57,811 nucleotides of DNA, from the sequence record MZ726797.1. One strand, written 5' to 3'. This stretch comes from Escherichia phage vB_EcoS_AVIO78A. Made by a program: the position numbers and the translations under genes. Positions 18,215-27,297 of the stretch are shown here, one piece after another (the first letter of the stretch is position 1; each line of letters starts with the position of its first letter). A model generated the notes under the pieces. The model made no database searches. It had not been told where the DNA came from and was given only the letters and a program-made list of their open reading frames with translations.

Positions 18215-18526
18215 TTATTTAATGATTAATGTTGGTTGTAAGTCTTTTTCATACCAAGTCCAACCAATGCATGTACCATCTTCAGCATCAACATATGGTT
18301 TCAACCAGTCGATAAATTGTTCAATCTCACCACCATAATTTTTAATATCGCTACGACTAAAAATATATTGAGCATCGGTGAAATCAAATTTAGGACAACT
18401 ATTTATTACTTCCGGGTGATGATAAAAACTGCTACAACTACCAATAAAATTCCATCTGGGGAGACTGAAAAACTTATGTTGTGGTAGTTTCTCTGGTTCT
18501 TTTTTCACCACAGAACATATGTGCAA
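18215..18526 (-). CDS. hypothetical protein; no ATG start (TTG only) - possibly C-terminal part of a +1 frameshift product
   Basis: ORF track; overlaps 18474..18599 in the +1 frame. Confidence 0.35.
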   Translation of the reverse strand: MHICSVVKKEPEKLPQHKFFSLPRWNFIGSCSSFYHHPEVINSCPKFDFTDAQYIFSRSDIKNYGGEIEQFIDWLKPYVDAEDGTCIGWTWYEKDLQPTLIIK

Positions 18527-18599
18527 TAACAGCTTTCACATCCACAGGTACATTTTCTTTAATCTGACACTTCAACACTAATTCGGTATACATTCCCAT
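18474..18599 (-). CDS. small ORF (41 aa); possibly N-terminal part of a +1 frameshift product
   Basis: ORF 18474..18674 trimmed to ATG 18599 with GAGGGTG RBS. Confidence 0.35.
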   Translation of the reverse strand: MGMYTELVLKCQIKENVPVDVKAVIAHMFCGEKRTRETTTT

Positions 18600-18645
18600 T
18601 TTCACACCCTCGTTCATAAGCAACCCATTGCTGCTTCCCGTGATA

Positions 18646-18689
18646 AAGATACACCACCGCTTGTAATCCGTCAAGAATTATTTTAAAGA
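18646..18689 (-). promoter_or_regulatory. conserved promoter (-35 TTGACG, -10 TATCTT)
   Basis: motif family member. Confidence 0.6.
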
Positions 18690-18960
18690 TACAGTTAATA
18701 CAGAACGTGTACTAACTGTACATGGTTTTACATAGGTTTCATGATTTTGAGTTGCAGCTAATACAGAACGTGTATTAGTAGATCATAGATTCATAGATCA
18801 CGTCATGTTTATTTTTTAACCGATCCTTCTCTATCTTATTCTTTTTATTATCTTTTTATAGATAACATAGAAAACATAAATAAATAGAAGAGTAGTATAA
18901 GTAGTAAAAGTTGCTGCAAGTAGGAGAGGTTTAAAAGGTATAGAGAGTCGCATACTTCCC
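18690..18960. repeat. non-coding AT-rich region with direct repeats (TAATACAGAACGTGTAYTA x2) and a ~95 bp element also present at 57715..57811
   Basis: direct comparison of 18801..18905 with 57715..57811. Confidence 0.6.
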
Positions 18961-18969
18961 ATGAATCTA

Positions 18970-19013
18970 TACGTAAAATAATTCTTGACGGATTACATCG
19001 ACACAACTACCCT
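18970..19013 (+). promoter_or_regulatory. conserved promoter, rightward (-35 TTGACG, -10 TACCCT)
   Basis: motif family member upstream of head gene block. Confidence 0.55.
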
Positions 19014-19043
19014 GTGGTTAAGAGAACAAGAAGGGTTGAATGT

Positions 19044-19391
19044 ATGGATCCGAACATCAGGGTTGCTACAGACGAATTCATTCGTCGCGCCCGTAAAATT
19101 CACGGTGATCGTTACGACTACTCATTCAGCATTGTTGAAGATAGTTCCAGTACAGTGGTTATTATTGACCGTGAAACTAATACAGTGTTTTTCCAGGTTG
19201 TCGCTGAACATCTGGACGGTGTTGAACCAGTAACCACTGCTGTTGAACCGGTAACGACTGCTGTTGAGCCGATCAAGAATCTTTCTGAGATATTCAGTAA
19301 CGTCATAAACAGCGTGTATCACCAGTGCAATTATTCATCTGAAATGTTAGAATTTAGTCATGTTGAAACAATACGAGGACAATCCCCGTGA
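19044..19391 (+). CDS. hypothetical protein with EPVTTAV tandem repeat
   Basis: ORF 19014..19391 trimmed to ATG 19044 with AAGAAGGG RBS. Confidence 0.5.
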   Translation: MDPNIRVATDEFIRRARKIHGDRYDYSFSIVEDSSSTVVIIDRETNTVFFQVVAEHLDGVEPVTTAVEPVTTAVEPIKNLSEIFSNVINSVYHQCNYSSEMLEFSHVETIRGQSP

Positions 19392-19798
19392 TTAACGTAA
19401 AAGTTAATAAGGTTGACAACTCACTACGTATGGTATTCGGTTGGGGTAGTATCTGTAAAAAACGTAATCAGGAGACAGGTCAGTTAGAAATTTACACAGA
19501 CACGGACAACGAGCAATTCCCCGAGGATGTCACTCTGAAAGCATGGCTGGACTTCATGAATTCTGATCAGCGCATCATGGACAATATGCACAATGAACAA
19601 CCTGTTGGGAAAGTTGTGTTTGCGTTCCCGATGACTGAAGACATTGCAGCAAGTTTTGGGCTGGTTGATAAACTGGATCAGACAGGCGTCATTGTTGGTA
19701 CGTTGATAACTGATGACGAAGTTTTGAAAAAGTTTCAGACTGGTGAATATACGGGATATAGTATCGGTGGAACTGCATATTATGAGGATGTGGAATAA
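19388..19798 (+). CDS. hypothetical head-module protein
   Basis: ORF track (GTG start overlapping previous stop); position before scaffold-like gene. Confidence 0.4.
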   Translation: MINVKVNKVDNSLRMVFGWGSICKKRNQETGQLEIYTDTDNEQFPEDVTLKAWLDFMNSDQRIMDNMHNEQPVGKVVFAFPMTEDIAASFGLVDKLDQTGVIVGTLITDDEVLKKFQTGEYTGYSIGGTAYYEDVE

Positions 19799-21063
19799 TG
19801 CGTACAGATGGTACTAATCATTTACGCCGCGCTAAATCGATGAAGATCGGTTTTCTGTCCGGCGTGACAAAACCTGCTCACGAGGGGGCAAATGCTCTTG
19901 TTCTTAAATTACATTCAGAACCGCCTGCTGTTGTTCTTTTAAAGTCAACATTCAGCGCAGCACTGGCTGAAAAAGAACTTGAACAGAAAGTTCGTGATTT
20001 CCTCTCTAATTCGTGGATGTTGAATGATGCGCTTTATGAAGCAGCAGAGGATATTGCAAAAGATGATTCTATTACCGATAAACAAGCAGCATTGCGTGAC
20101 GCGGTAAATGAATATATTATAACGTTGCAACAGGCCGCTGGTATTTCGATGAATAAAGCGAAAAGTGGTAAAACTGAAGACGGTGAAGTTTTCCCGGCAT
20201 CTGATTATGCATATGTACCAGATCCAGAAAAACCTTCAACCTGGAAACTTCGTTTAACAGCTACCCCTGGCGGTGAACCTGATGCGCGTATTGTAGGCGC
20301 TGCACTTGCTGCATTAGGTCCGGGTTATCGCGGTAACAAAGTTGAAATCCCTGAAGCCGATTTAGCAGGTGTGAAAAACAAACTCCGATCCGCGTGGAAA
20401 AAATTACACCCGGACCAGGAAGTACCTCAAGTTTTAAAAACGGCAGAGGAAATCGAAATGTCCGAACTGGAACTGGAAAAATACAAAGCCCTGGCTGAGA
20501 TGAACGACGTCCATAAGGCGTATCATAATTCTCTGCCTGAATCTGATCAGGAAGCATTCCGTAAAATGGATGCGACTGCTCGCGATGCCCTCGTGACGAT
20601 GGCTAAACAGGCTGATGAATCGTTTACCACGATTGCGGGTCAGGTTGTTCAGAAGTCTGTAGCTGGTCCGATGTATGACGTTCTGAAATCTCAGGACGAA
20701 CAACTTCGCAAAGCACAGACTGAAGCGGCACTGGCGAAAGCTGAAAAAACCGTGAACACTGATTTCGCACACATTCCGGGTGAAATGGTACAGAAAACCC
20801 AGATGGTTATGACTCTTGAGCGTTTACCGGAAGCGGATCGTAATTTCCTGGTTGAAAAACTCAAACAGGCCGACGAACTCTGGAAAGCACGTAAAGAGCC
20901 AGCCGCGCCGAATGGTAGTGGTAAAGGTTCCAGTGCACTGGAAGACATGATCAACGAATGGCTGAAAGCAAATCCGGGTAAAACACGCACCCAGGCTATG
21001 CAGGCCATTTCTGCAACTAAAAAAGGTCAGGAAGCAATCGAAGCGATGCGAGGTGACGAATAA
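19798..21063 (+). CDS. scaffolding-like protein (putative)
   Basis: 421 aa, charged and helix-rich, immediately upstream of decoration-like and capsid genes. Confidence 0.4.
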   Translation: MRTDGTNHLRRAKSMKIGFLSGVTKPAHEGANALVLKLHSEPPAVVLLKSTFSAALAEKELEQKVRDFLSNSWMLNDALYEAAEDIAKDDSITDKQAALRDAVNEYIITLQQAAGISMNKAKSGKTEDGEVFPASDYAYVPDPEKPSTWKLRLTATPGGEPDARIVGAALAALGPGYRGNKVEIPEADLAGVKNKLRSAWKKLHPDQEVPQVLKTAEEIEMSELELEKYKALAEMNDVHKAYHNSLPESDQEAFRKMDATARDALVTMAKQADESFTTIAGQVVQKSVAGPMYDVLKSQDEQLRKAQTEAALAKAEKTVNTDFAHIPGEMVQKTQMVMTLERLPEADRNFLVEKLKQADELWKARKEPAAPNGSGKGSSALEDMINEWLKANPGKTRTQAMQAISATKKGQEAIEAMRGDE

Positions 21064-21473
21064 TGGCTAAGAACAGCAAAATCTACTGGAACTATGAGCG
21101 CCCGACCCGTGCCGTTGCATCCGTGGCTATTTCGGCAGGTGTTGGTCTTGTTCTGGATACCAGTTTAGGTGACACTAACCAGTGTGTACCTAAATATAAA
21201 CTCCCAACGGCTGGCGGTCGTATCGACGGTGTAGCTGTTGATGATGCCACTGCTGGTGTATTCTTCGACCTGGTAAACGAAAAAGAAAAATTCGTACCAG
21301 TAAAAGCTGCTGCAACGTTCGCCACAGGTGTTGAGCTTGCTGTTGGTGCTGACGGACGATTCCAGACCGCTACTACTGATCAACTGGTTGTGGCTATTTC
21401 TCAAACTGGTGCCACTGCTGAAAACCAGGTAGTTACCGCATTACTTATTGCACCGTATTCTAAAGGAGCATAA
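21063..21473 (+). CDS. head decoration-like protein (putative)
   Basis: 136 aa Ala/Gly/Val-rich small protein directly before major capsid gene. Confidence 0.35.
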   Translation: MAKNSKIYWNYERPTRAVASVAISAGVGLVLDTSLGDTNQCVPKYKLPTAGGRIDGVAVDDATAGVFFDLVNEKEKFVPVKAAATFATGVELAVGADGRFQTATTDQLVVAISQTGATAENQVVTALLIAPYSKGA

Positions 21474-21476
21474 CCG

Positions 21477-22496
21477 ATGAGTTACAAACAGAATTTTCGC
21501 GACGTTGGCGCACCAGATACATTCCTGTCTAACTTTTCTGTAAGTTACTGGCAGGATACATCACTGTTTGTCGGCACTCGTTATTTCCCGGTAGTTCCTG
21601 TTAATCAGGCTGCTGGTAAGTTTCTGACTTACCCGAAAGGGTATTTCGGTCGTCCGGTTAACTCCAAACGTGCCGAAGATGGTGTTGCTAACACTATTGG
21701 TTATAAAACCAAAAATCAGGGCTATACTGTTGATGACGATGCGATCCGTATCTTTATTTCTGACAAAAAACGTGCAAACGTGCAAAACGGTCAGCAACTG
21801 GATATGGAAGCATCAGCAGTAACCACAGATGCGTTACTGATCAACAAAGAAGTGGATTTTGCTGAAAAATTCCTGACCGCTGGTAAATGGGGTCTTGATT
21901 TCCAGGGCAAAGACGCGTCTCCGTCCACGGGCGAATTCCTGAAATGGTCTAATGCGAATGCCGATCCGATTGGTGATATCCTGTCACGTCGTGTTGCGTT
22001 CTCTCTGGCATCCGGTGGTCGTCGCTGGAATAAAGCACTGATGACGCTGGACGTGTATGACGCACTGACCCGTAGCCCGGCTGTTATTGACCGCATTAAC
22101 GGTGGTTCTACCACTAAGAATCCGGGAATCGTGACTAAACAGGCACTGGCTGCACTGCTGGAAGTTGACGAACTGGAAATCATGCAATCTGTGGTCAACA
22201 TGGCTGCTGATGGCGTTGAAGACGGTGACGGCAATCCGATGTCAGACTTCCAGTTTGCTAAAACTGGTGTGCTGATGCTCAACTATGTCGAACCGACTGT
22301 TGGTAATATGAAACCTGTTGCTGCTGCTGGCTTCGTGTGGAACGAGTTCATCGATCTTGGCGTTAACAACGGTCCGTCTATCCGTACCTATCCGGGTGTT
22401 GAAGGTCGCCGTGGTAATTTCGTTGAAGCGGAATTTGCCATTGATGTTCAGATGGTTGCACCTGACCTGGGCGTTCTGTTCTACGACGCGGTTTAA
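21477..22496 (+). CDS. major capsid protein (putative)
   Basis: 339 aa; AAGGAG RBS; position after scaffold/decoration; strong terminator downstream. Confidence 0.6.
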   Translation: MSYKQNFRDVGAPDTFLSNFSVSYWQDTSLFVGTRYFPVVPVNQAAGKFLTYPKGYFGRPVNSKRAEDGVANTIGYKTKNQGYTVDDDAIRIFISDKKRANVQNGQQLDMEASAVTTDALLINKEVDFAEKFLTAGKWGLDFQGKDASPSTGEFLKWSNANADPIGDILSRRVAFSLASGGRRWNKALMTLDVYDALTRSPAVIDRINGGSTTKNPGIVTKQALAALLEVDELEIMQSVVNMAADGVEDGDGNPMSDFQFAKTGVLMLNYVEPTVGNMKPVAAAGFVWNEFIDLGVNNGPSIRTYPGVEGRRGNFVEAEFAIDVQMVAPDLGVLFYDAV

Positions 22497-22515
22497 TAAC
22501 AACTGTGGTATCATT

Positions 22516-22545
22516 AAGGGGTGGCTTATGCTGCCCCTTTTTTCA
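22516..22545 (+). terminator. intrinsic terminator after capsid gene
   Basis: AAGGGGTGGC..GCTGCCCCTT hairpin plus T6. Confidence 0.7.
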
Positions 22546-22558
22546 TGAGGTTAAAATC

Positions 22559-22912
22559 ATGCGTAATTCATATGATCCGTCACTGAAATATGTTTTCACC
22601 CGTCCGATGCTGTGGAATGGTAAACAGATGTCCGCTGGCGATAAAGTATCAACATCAAAAGCTACCCCGGCTGTTTTAAATGCCCTTGTGCGTATGCATC
22701 ACATTGAACCAGCTACTGCGACTGTTGAAGAACCAGTGACTGTAGCAATCGAAGAATCGGCATCAACCACAGCTGCTGAAATCCGACGTGACGCGCCAAA
22801 AACCTATAACGTTTATGTTATGGGTATGCCGATGAATTCAGAATCGTTTAGTAGTAAAAGTGCCGCTGCTGAATGGTGTGAATCACAAGGCTTGACATAT
22901 AACTATTCTTGA
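22559..22912 (+). CDS. hypothetical protein
   Basis: ORF 22505..22912 trimmed to ATG 22559 with GAGG RBS. Confidence 0.45.
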   Translation: MRNSYDPSLKYVFTRPMLWNGKQMSAGDKVSTSKATPAVLNALVRMHHIEPATATVEEPVTVAIEESASTTAAEIRRDAPKTYNVYVMGMPMNSESFSSKSAAAEWCESQGLTYNYS

Positions 22913-23389
22913 CCTATTGTTAAGTCAGTGACAGAACTGCATAGCAGACACTATCACTTAATCGGTCGAAAGACGCCGGATAAACGTAACCGGCACATAA
23001 CAGATAAGAGCATTGAGTCGATAATCGTGAAGAGTCGGCGCGCCTGGTTAGCCAGTGCTCTTATCGTTGTGGTGAATTGCAGTTCTCAGAAACAACCAGA
23101 AGATAAGCGCCTGGCACTGCAACCAAACACTCGCTGATAAGGAGGTGATCCTTATCTTGCTGGCGGGAAAGCCGCAAATCGTGGGTAAAGCATGTTGTGA
23201 AACATCCTGAACTGCGTGTCGTTTTACATAACTGGTTATTCACGTGTCACGCATAGGGGTATGTTGGGACGTCAGGTGTGGATGACCAGTTATGTAAAAC
23301 CCTCATTATCACCCAGAGCCATTTGCCGTCTGTTTAAGACGGCTTTTTTTCGTGCTAATATAACGAAAACATTTCTCACAGGTGATCAC
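22913..23389 (+). other. ~480 bp apparently non-coding, highly structured region (nested inverted repeats, consensus SD-like TAAGGAGGTGATC, terminator-like hairpin at ~23324..23350)
   Basis: direct reading; no convincing ORF with RBS. Confidence 0.45.
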
Positions 23390-23800
23390 ATGGCTATTAC
23401 AGTTGAAGGTATTCGTTATTTGATCAGTGTCCCTGATGTTACTGATGAACAAATTCAGTGGTACATTGACAACGGTTATACAAATCCTCTCAGTATTTGC
23501 GTCGCTCTCTGTGATTATATGGCGTCCATCGCCAGTAACGATACTGATATTAAAGTAGGTCCGATCTCACTCAGCAGTAGTCAGTCAGCAGACGCCTGGA
23601 ATAAACTTAAAAAAGATTTTATTTTACGTATTAATACTGGCGCTGATTCAGGTGGCGGTTTGTTAGGTGGTTTTATGGGTGTTGGTGGAGCTACGTTAAC
23701 TGGCGCTGGTATGCAACCCGCTATTCAACGTGGTCAGTTCGACAACCCACCTGTAACACTTGAAACCGGTGGTCGTGCACTTAACGAGGGTGAACGGTGA
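23390..23800 (+). CDS. head-tail connector/adaptor-like protein (putative)
   Basis: ORF 23216..23800 trimmed to ATG 23390 (AGGTGA RBS); alternative start 23261 would span the hairpin. Confidence 0.35.
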   Translation: MAITVEGIRYLISVPDVTDEQIQWYIDNGYTNPLSICVALCDYMASIASNDTDIKVGPISLSSSQSADAWNKLKKDFILRINTGADSGGGLLGGFMGVGGATLTGAGMQPAIQRGQFDNPPVTLETGGRALNEGER

Positions 23801-24174
23801 TGGCAGACAAACGTCAAAGTGTCCTGAACGGTGTTACTCGTGCACTTGATGAAGTAGGTGAGGATTTGACGGTAAAACGTGTGACAACGGTTCCCAACCC
23901 GTCTAATCCTACATTACCGGGTACAACCGTTACTGAATCACACACCTGTCGTGGTTATATTTACCCATTAGAAAAATGGGATCCGACTACTATGACCAGG
24001 ATAACTACGACGATGGTAATTATGGATAGTCAGAGTTTTGAACCACGATTCGTTCCTGATCGTGGCGATGTTGTAGTTGATGAACGTGGTAAAGAATATC
24101 GCCTTCTTGATCGTCAAAACCCACGATTGTTAGGAGACGATATGGCATTTATTCACCCTGTTGGAGCTGCCTGA
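23797..24174 (+). CDS. head-tail joining protein (putative)
   Basis: position; overlapping stop/start. Confidence 0.3.
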   Translation: MMADKRQSVLNGVTRALDEVGEDLTVKRVTTVPNPSNPTLPGTTVTESHTCRGYIYPLEKWDPTTMTRITTTMVIMDSQSFEPRFVPDRGDVVVDERGKEYRLLDRQNPRLLGDDMAFIHPVGAA

Positions 24175-24607
24175 TATGGCTAAGGCTAACGTTAATGACA
24201 TAAACCGTATAACAGGTGTCTTTAAAGACATTAAAGCTGACCTGCGAGATTTTACCGATCGTGAAGTCATCCGGTATGTCCTGACGTTACGTAATATTCT
24301 TGTCAGTGAACCACCTGACGGTACACCTGTGGATATAGGCTGGGCAAGCAACAACTGGTGGTTCGATCAGGGGCAACCCGCTAATAGTCCTGATACACCA
24401 ACAGGTAATGTTGAAGCCAGTAAAGCACGTATCGAACAGGATACGGTCACTATCAGCAGTATTAAAGTTAATGGTCAGGAACTGCATATTACTAACAACG
24501 TTCCTTACATTGGGGTTCTCAATGGTGGTAGCAGTACACAGACACCTTCCGGGTTTGTCGAACGTGCTATATTAAAAGCCGGAATAATGGTGAGGTTTAA
24601 TCAGTGA
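24161..24607 (+). CDS. neck/tail completion protein (putative)
   Basis: position in head-tail joining block. Confidence 0.3.
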   Translation: MELPDMAKANVNDINRITGVFKDIKADLRDFTDREVIRYVLTLRNILVSEPPDGTPVDIGWASNNWWFDQGQPANSPDTPTGNVEASKARIEQDTVTISSIKVNGQELHITNNVPYIGVLNGGSSTQTPSGFVERAILKAGIMVRFNQ

Positions 24608-25029
24608 TGACACTCTCAGATGTTTCAGGAATTGTTTATAATCGCGTTCTGGCGAATCTCCCCGTGGAAATTACGCCTGACAGATTTACAATCGCTTCTG
24701 GTCAACTCCCTGATGACACTACAGAAAAACCCGGTCTGATTCTGACACACAATCCCGGTCCGTGGACAATAACCACGCTGGGTGGGGAAGGTGTTTGTCG
24801 CCGTCGTTTAAGAACAGGAAACGTTTTTTTACAGGTACGCACACCTGCTCAGTATGGTATGGACACTTTGAGTATTGATATTGCGGATCGGCTTGCAAAA
24901 TTATTTGAAGGTGTCTGGCAGGACCGCCCGTTAATTTACACGAGTGTTGATATTCGTCATCAGGGTCGTGATAACGCGTGGTTTTTAACGAACGTCGTAC
25001 TTAGTTACGAATACGAAGAAATATATTAA
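24604..25029 (+). CDS. tail terminator-like protein (putative)
   Basis: position immediately before major tail gene. Confidence 0.3.
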   Translation: MMTLSDVSGIVYNRVLANLPVEITPDRFTIASGQLPDDTTEKPGLILTHNPGPWTITTLGGEGVCRRRLRTGNVFLQVRTPAQYGMDTLSIDIADRLAKLFEGVWQDRPLIYTSVDIRHQGRDNAWFLTNVVLSYEYEEIY

Positions 25030-25065
25030 ACTACGAATGATTGCAATCAAACGAGGCTTAGAACA

Positions 25066-26523
25066 ATGGCTGAATCAATTTTTAAATGTTCGCAAACACC
25101 TGCGGCTGACGTAAACGCAACACGACTCAGTGTGGCAAAAGTCTGTGAACCTGTTTCTGGTACACCCTGGACGGTTCAACAACCGAATGAAATCAGTTCT
25201 TACAGTGCTGATATTACAAAGACTCAGCGTACACCGATCAGTACGGACCGATCTGCACGTAAAGGCACGGTAACTAACGTTGAAGTTGCACCGGGCTTTC
25301 AGACAGACCTGACACTTGATACGTTCCGCTACTGGGGTGACGGATTCCTTTATAGTAAATGGGTCGGTGCTGGTGCAATTGATATTGACGTTACCAGTGT
25401 TGGCGCAGACGCTTATAACGTTACTACTCTTGATGCGGCATTACCTGAAGGTGCTCTTGTTTATGCGACAGGCTTTACACTGGCTGCAAACAACGGTTTG
25501 AAAACTGTAGGCGCTGATAGTACCACTACAGCTATCAACGTGTCAGGGCTTACTGCCGAAGCGTCACCGCCTGCTGAAGCTCGTTTGTATCTCGTGGGTT
25601 ATGCTGCCGCGTCTGGTGATATCGCTGTTAACAGTAATGGTCAGTTGACATCTACTACCCTGGATTTTTCCACACTGGGTTTAGTACCGGGACAGTATAT
25701 TTATATTGATGGTCTAACACAGTCGGTTACCAGTAAAATGGCCCGCGTGACTATGGTTGGTGATCATGTTCTGACTCTCGCTAACAGTGAATTCACCACT
25801 GAAGAAGGTACGGGTAAAACTGTACGTTTATTTGTTTCCGGTTTTGTTCGAAACGTTCCTGTTGATTCTGCAGAGTTCGTGAAAACTGAATACACGATGG
25901 AAGCACGTTACAACACGACACCTGTTATTTATGAATATGCGCGTGCTGTAGCTGCAAATCAGATGACGATTAACGCGCCGTTGACCGAAAAAATGACAAT
26001 GGATTTGACGTTTGTTGCGCAAGACTTGTCAGCACCGTCAGAAACCGCGCTACCGGGTTCCGGGTATATTGAATTCGTGGCTAACGAAGCGTACAACACC
26101 GTAACGAACCTGAACCGTGTACGACTGACCGGGATTGATGATAGTGGACTCAGTACGTTCCTGAAAGACGTTACTGTCACCGTGAATAACAACGTGTCAG
26201 GTGAAAACGTGCTGGGCGTGATGGGTGCTGCGTTTACCAACATCGGTAACCTGGAAATCACGATGGAAACTGAAACGGTGATGACGGACGGTGCTGTATT
26301 GGCTGCGATCCGTAACAACGCGACCGTTAACTTCGAACTTGCTGGGGTAAACGGTGATGGTGCAATCGTGGTTAACATTCCTGCGATGACGCTGGGTGAC
26401 GGTTCCAAGAACCTTGCAACGGGCGAAAAAGTGAAAGTCACTGTTAGCGGTAACGCCCACGAAGAAGAGTCGATCGGTTTTATGATTGGGTTTAGCTTGT
26501 TCCCGTACTTGCCTACAGCATGA
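25066..26523 (+). CDS. major tail protein (putative)
   Basis: 485 aa Thr/Val/Ala-rich; before tail chaperone frameshift pair; strong terminator downstream. Confidence 0.5.
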   Translation: MAESIFKCSQTPAADVNATRLSVAKVCEPVSGTPWTVQQPNEISSYSADITKTQRTPISTDRSARKGTVTNVEVAPGFQTDLTLDTFRYWGDGFLYSKWVGAGAIDIDVTSVGADAYNVTTLDAALPEGALVYATGFTLAANNGLKTVGADSTTTAINVSGLTAEASPPAEARLYLVGYAAASGDIAVNSNGQLTSTTLDFSTLGLVPGQYIYIDGLTQSVTSKMARVTMVGDHVLTLANSEFTTEEGTGKTVRLFVSGFVRNVPVDSAEFVKTEYTMEARYNTTPVIYEYARAVAANQMTINAPLTEKMTMDLTFVAQDLSAPSETALPGSGYIEFVANEAYNTVTNLNRVRLTGIDDSGLSTFLKDVTVTVNNNVSGENVLGVMGAAFTNIGNLEITMETETVMTDGAVLAAIRNNATVNFELAGVNGDGAIVVNIPAMTLGDGSKNLATGEKVKVTVSGNAHEEESIGFMIGFSLFPYLPTA

Positions 26524-26542
26524 CATGGTGGATGGTAGTTTT

Positions 26543-26568
26543 GCCCCGGACAGTTCCGGGGCTTTTTT
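26543..26568 (+). terminator. intrinsic terminator (identical hairpin to 9066)
   Basis: GCCCCGGACAGTTCCGGGGC plus T6. Confidence 0.7.
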
Positions 26569-26569
26569 G

Positions 26570-26737
26570 TTAGCGTTTGGCGAGATAGTCACAACGGGCG
26601 ATTGCTAAATCTGCAGTCTTGTACGAAGACTCACTTGTTGAATGGGTTGTTCCAATAACCATTACATGATATCCGTCTTTGTTTTTTAGAACCCAAAACT
26701 TACCGTTTTCATGAATAATATTTTTCTCTTTGGTCAT
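26570..26737 (-). CDS. small hypothetical protein (55 aa) inserted between major tail and chaperone genes
   Basis: ATG with GAGGATAA RBS about 25 nt downstream of conserved promoter; MTKEKNIIHENGKFW. Confidence 0.45.
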   Translation of the reverse strand: MTKEKNIIHENGKFWVLKNKDGYHVMVIGTTHSTSESSYKTADLAIARCDYLAKR

Positions 26738-26768
26738 CGTCTTATCCTCAGTTCGTTTCGTTGAGTTA

Positions 26769-26812
26769 AAGATACCTTAACAGGTGCAATTCGTCAAGAA
26801 TTATTTTAAATC
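26769..26812 (-). promoter_or_regulatory. conserved promoter (-35 TTGACG, -10 TATCTT)
   Basis: motif family member. Confidence 0.55.
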
Positions 26813-26874
26813 TCTTGCGTAATTTGTACAGAACTATTATTATATAATCGTCTACTACATAAAAGGTAAAAACC

Positions 26875-27297
26875 ATGTCAAAGTTTGACCATTTGAAAAA
26901 AGCACTTTCCCCATTAGTGCTGAAGTCTTCTGCTGAACTGATTTTAAATGAAAATTTCAGTATCACCGTGTTGAACCTGAACACCGCTAACCAGGTATAT
27001 AACGTAACAGTTGCGGACTATGTAAAACAGAACGGTGCGTTGTCTGAAAACTTCTTTGAAAAACTGTGGAATCAGGAATATACACCAGAAGGTGTTAAGT
27101 TCGTGGCTAACGTTCTTATGCTGGACTGGAAACTGATTGGTGAAGATGACAAACCGGAACCATTCAGTGTTGAAGAAGCTATTGAACTGTTAAGTGATGA
27201 ACGTTTTGGTCAGGTGATCTACAGTCGTGTTATTCAGTTCGCAATTAATTCCGCATTCTTCAAGGACGAATGGGAAAAACAGATTGAAAAAAACTGA
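26875..27297 (+). CDS. tail assembly chaperone (G-like)
   Basis: position before tape measure; slippery heptamer at its 3-prime end. Confidence 0.65.
   Translation: MSKFDHLKKALSPLVLKSSAELILNENFSITVLNLNTANQVYNVTVADYVKQNGALSENFFEKLWNQEYTPEGVKFVANVLMLDWKLIGEDDKPEPFSVEEAIELLSDERFGQVIYSRVIQFAINSAFFKDEWEKQIEKN

Noticed and set aside
21791-22282. 163-aa minus-strand ORF
   Set aside because: Embedded antisense within the major capsid gene; no promoter or RBS context.
22928-23137. 69-aa ORF in the structured intergenic island
   Set aside because: Starts with GTG, has no RBS, and its sequence is dominated by the inverted repeats.
23261-23800. Longer 180-aa version of the first tail-module gene starting at ATG 23261
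   Set aside because: This start would place a canonical terminator hairpin with T7 inside the coding sequence; ATG 23390 with its own RBS downstream of the hairpin is preferred.
25959-26592. Minus-strand ORFs of 160 and 131 aa
   Set aside because: Antisense to the major tail protein gene and its terminator; low-complexity translations.
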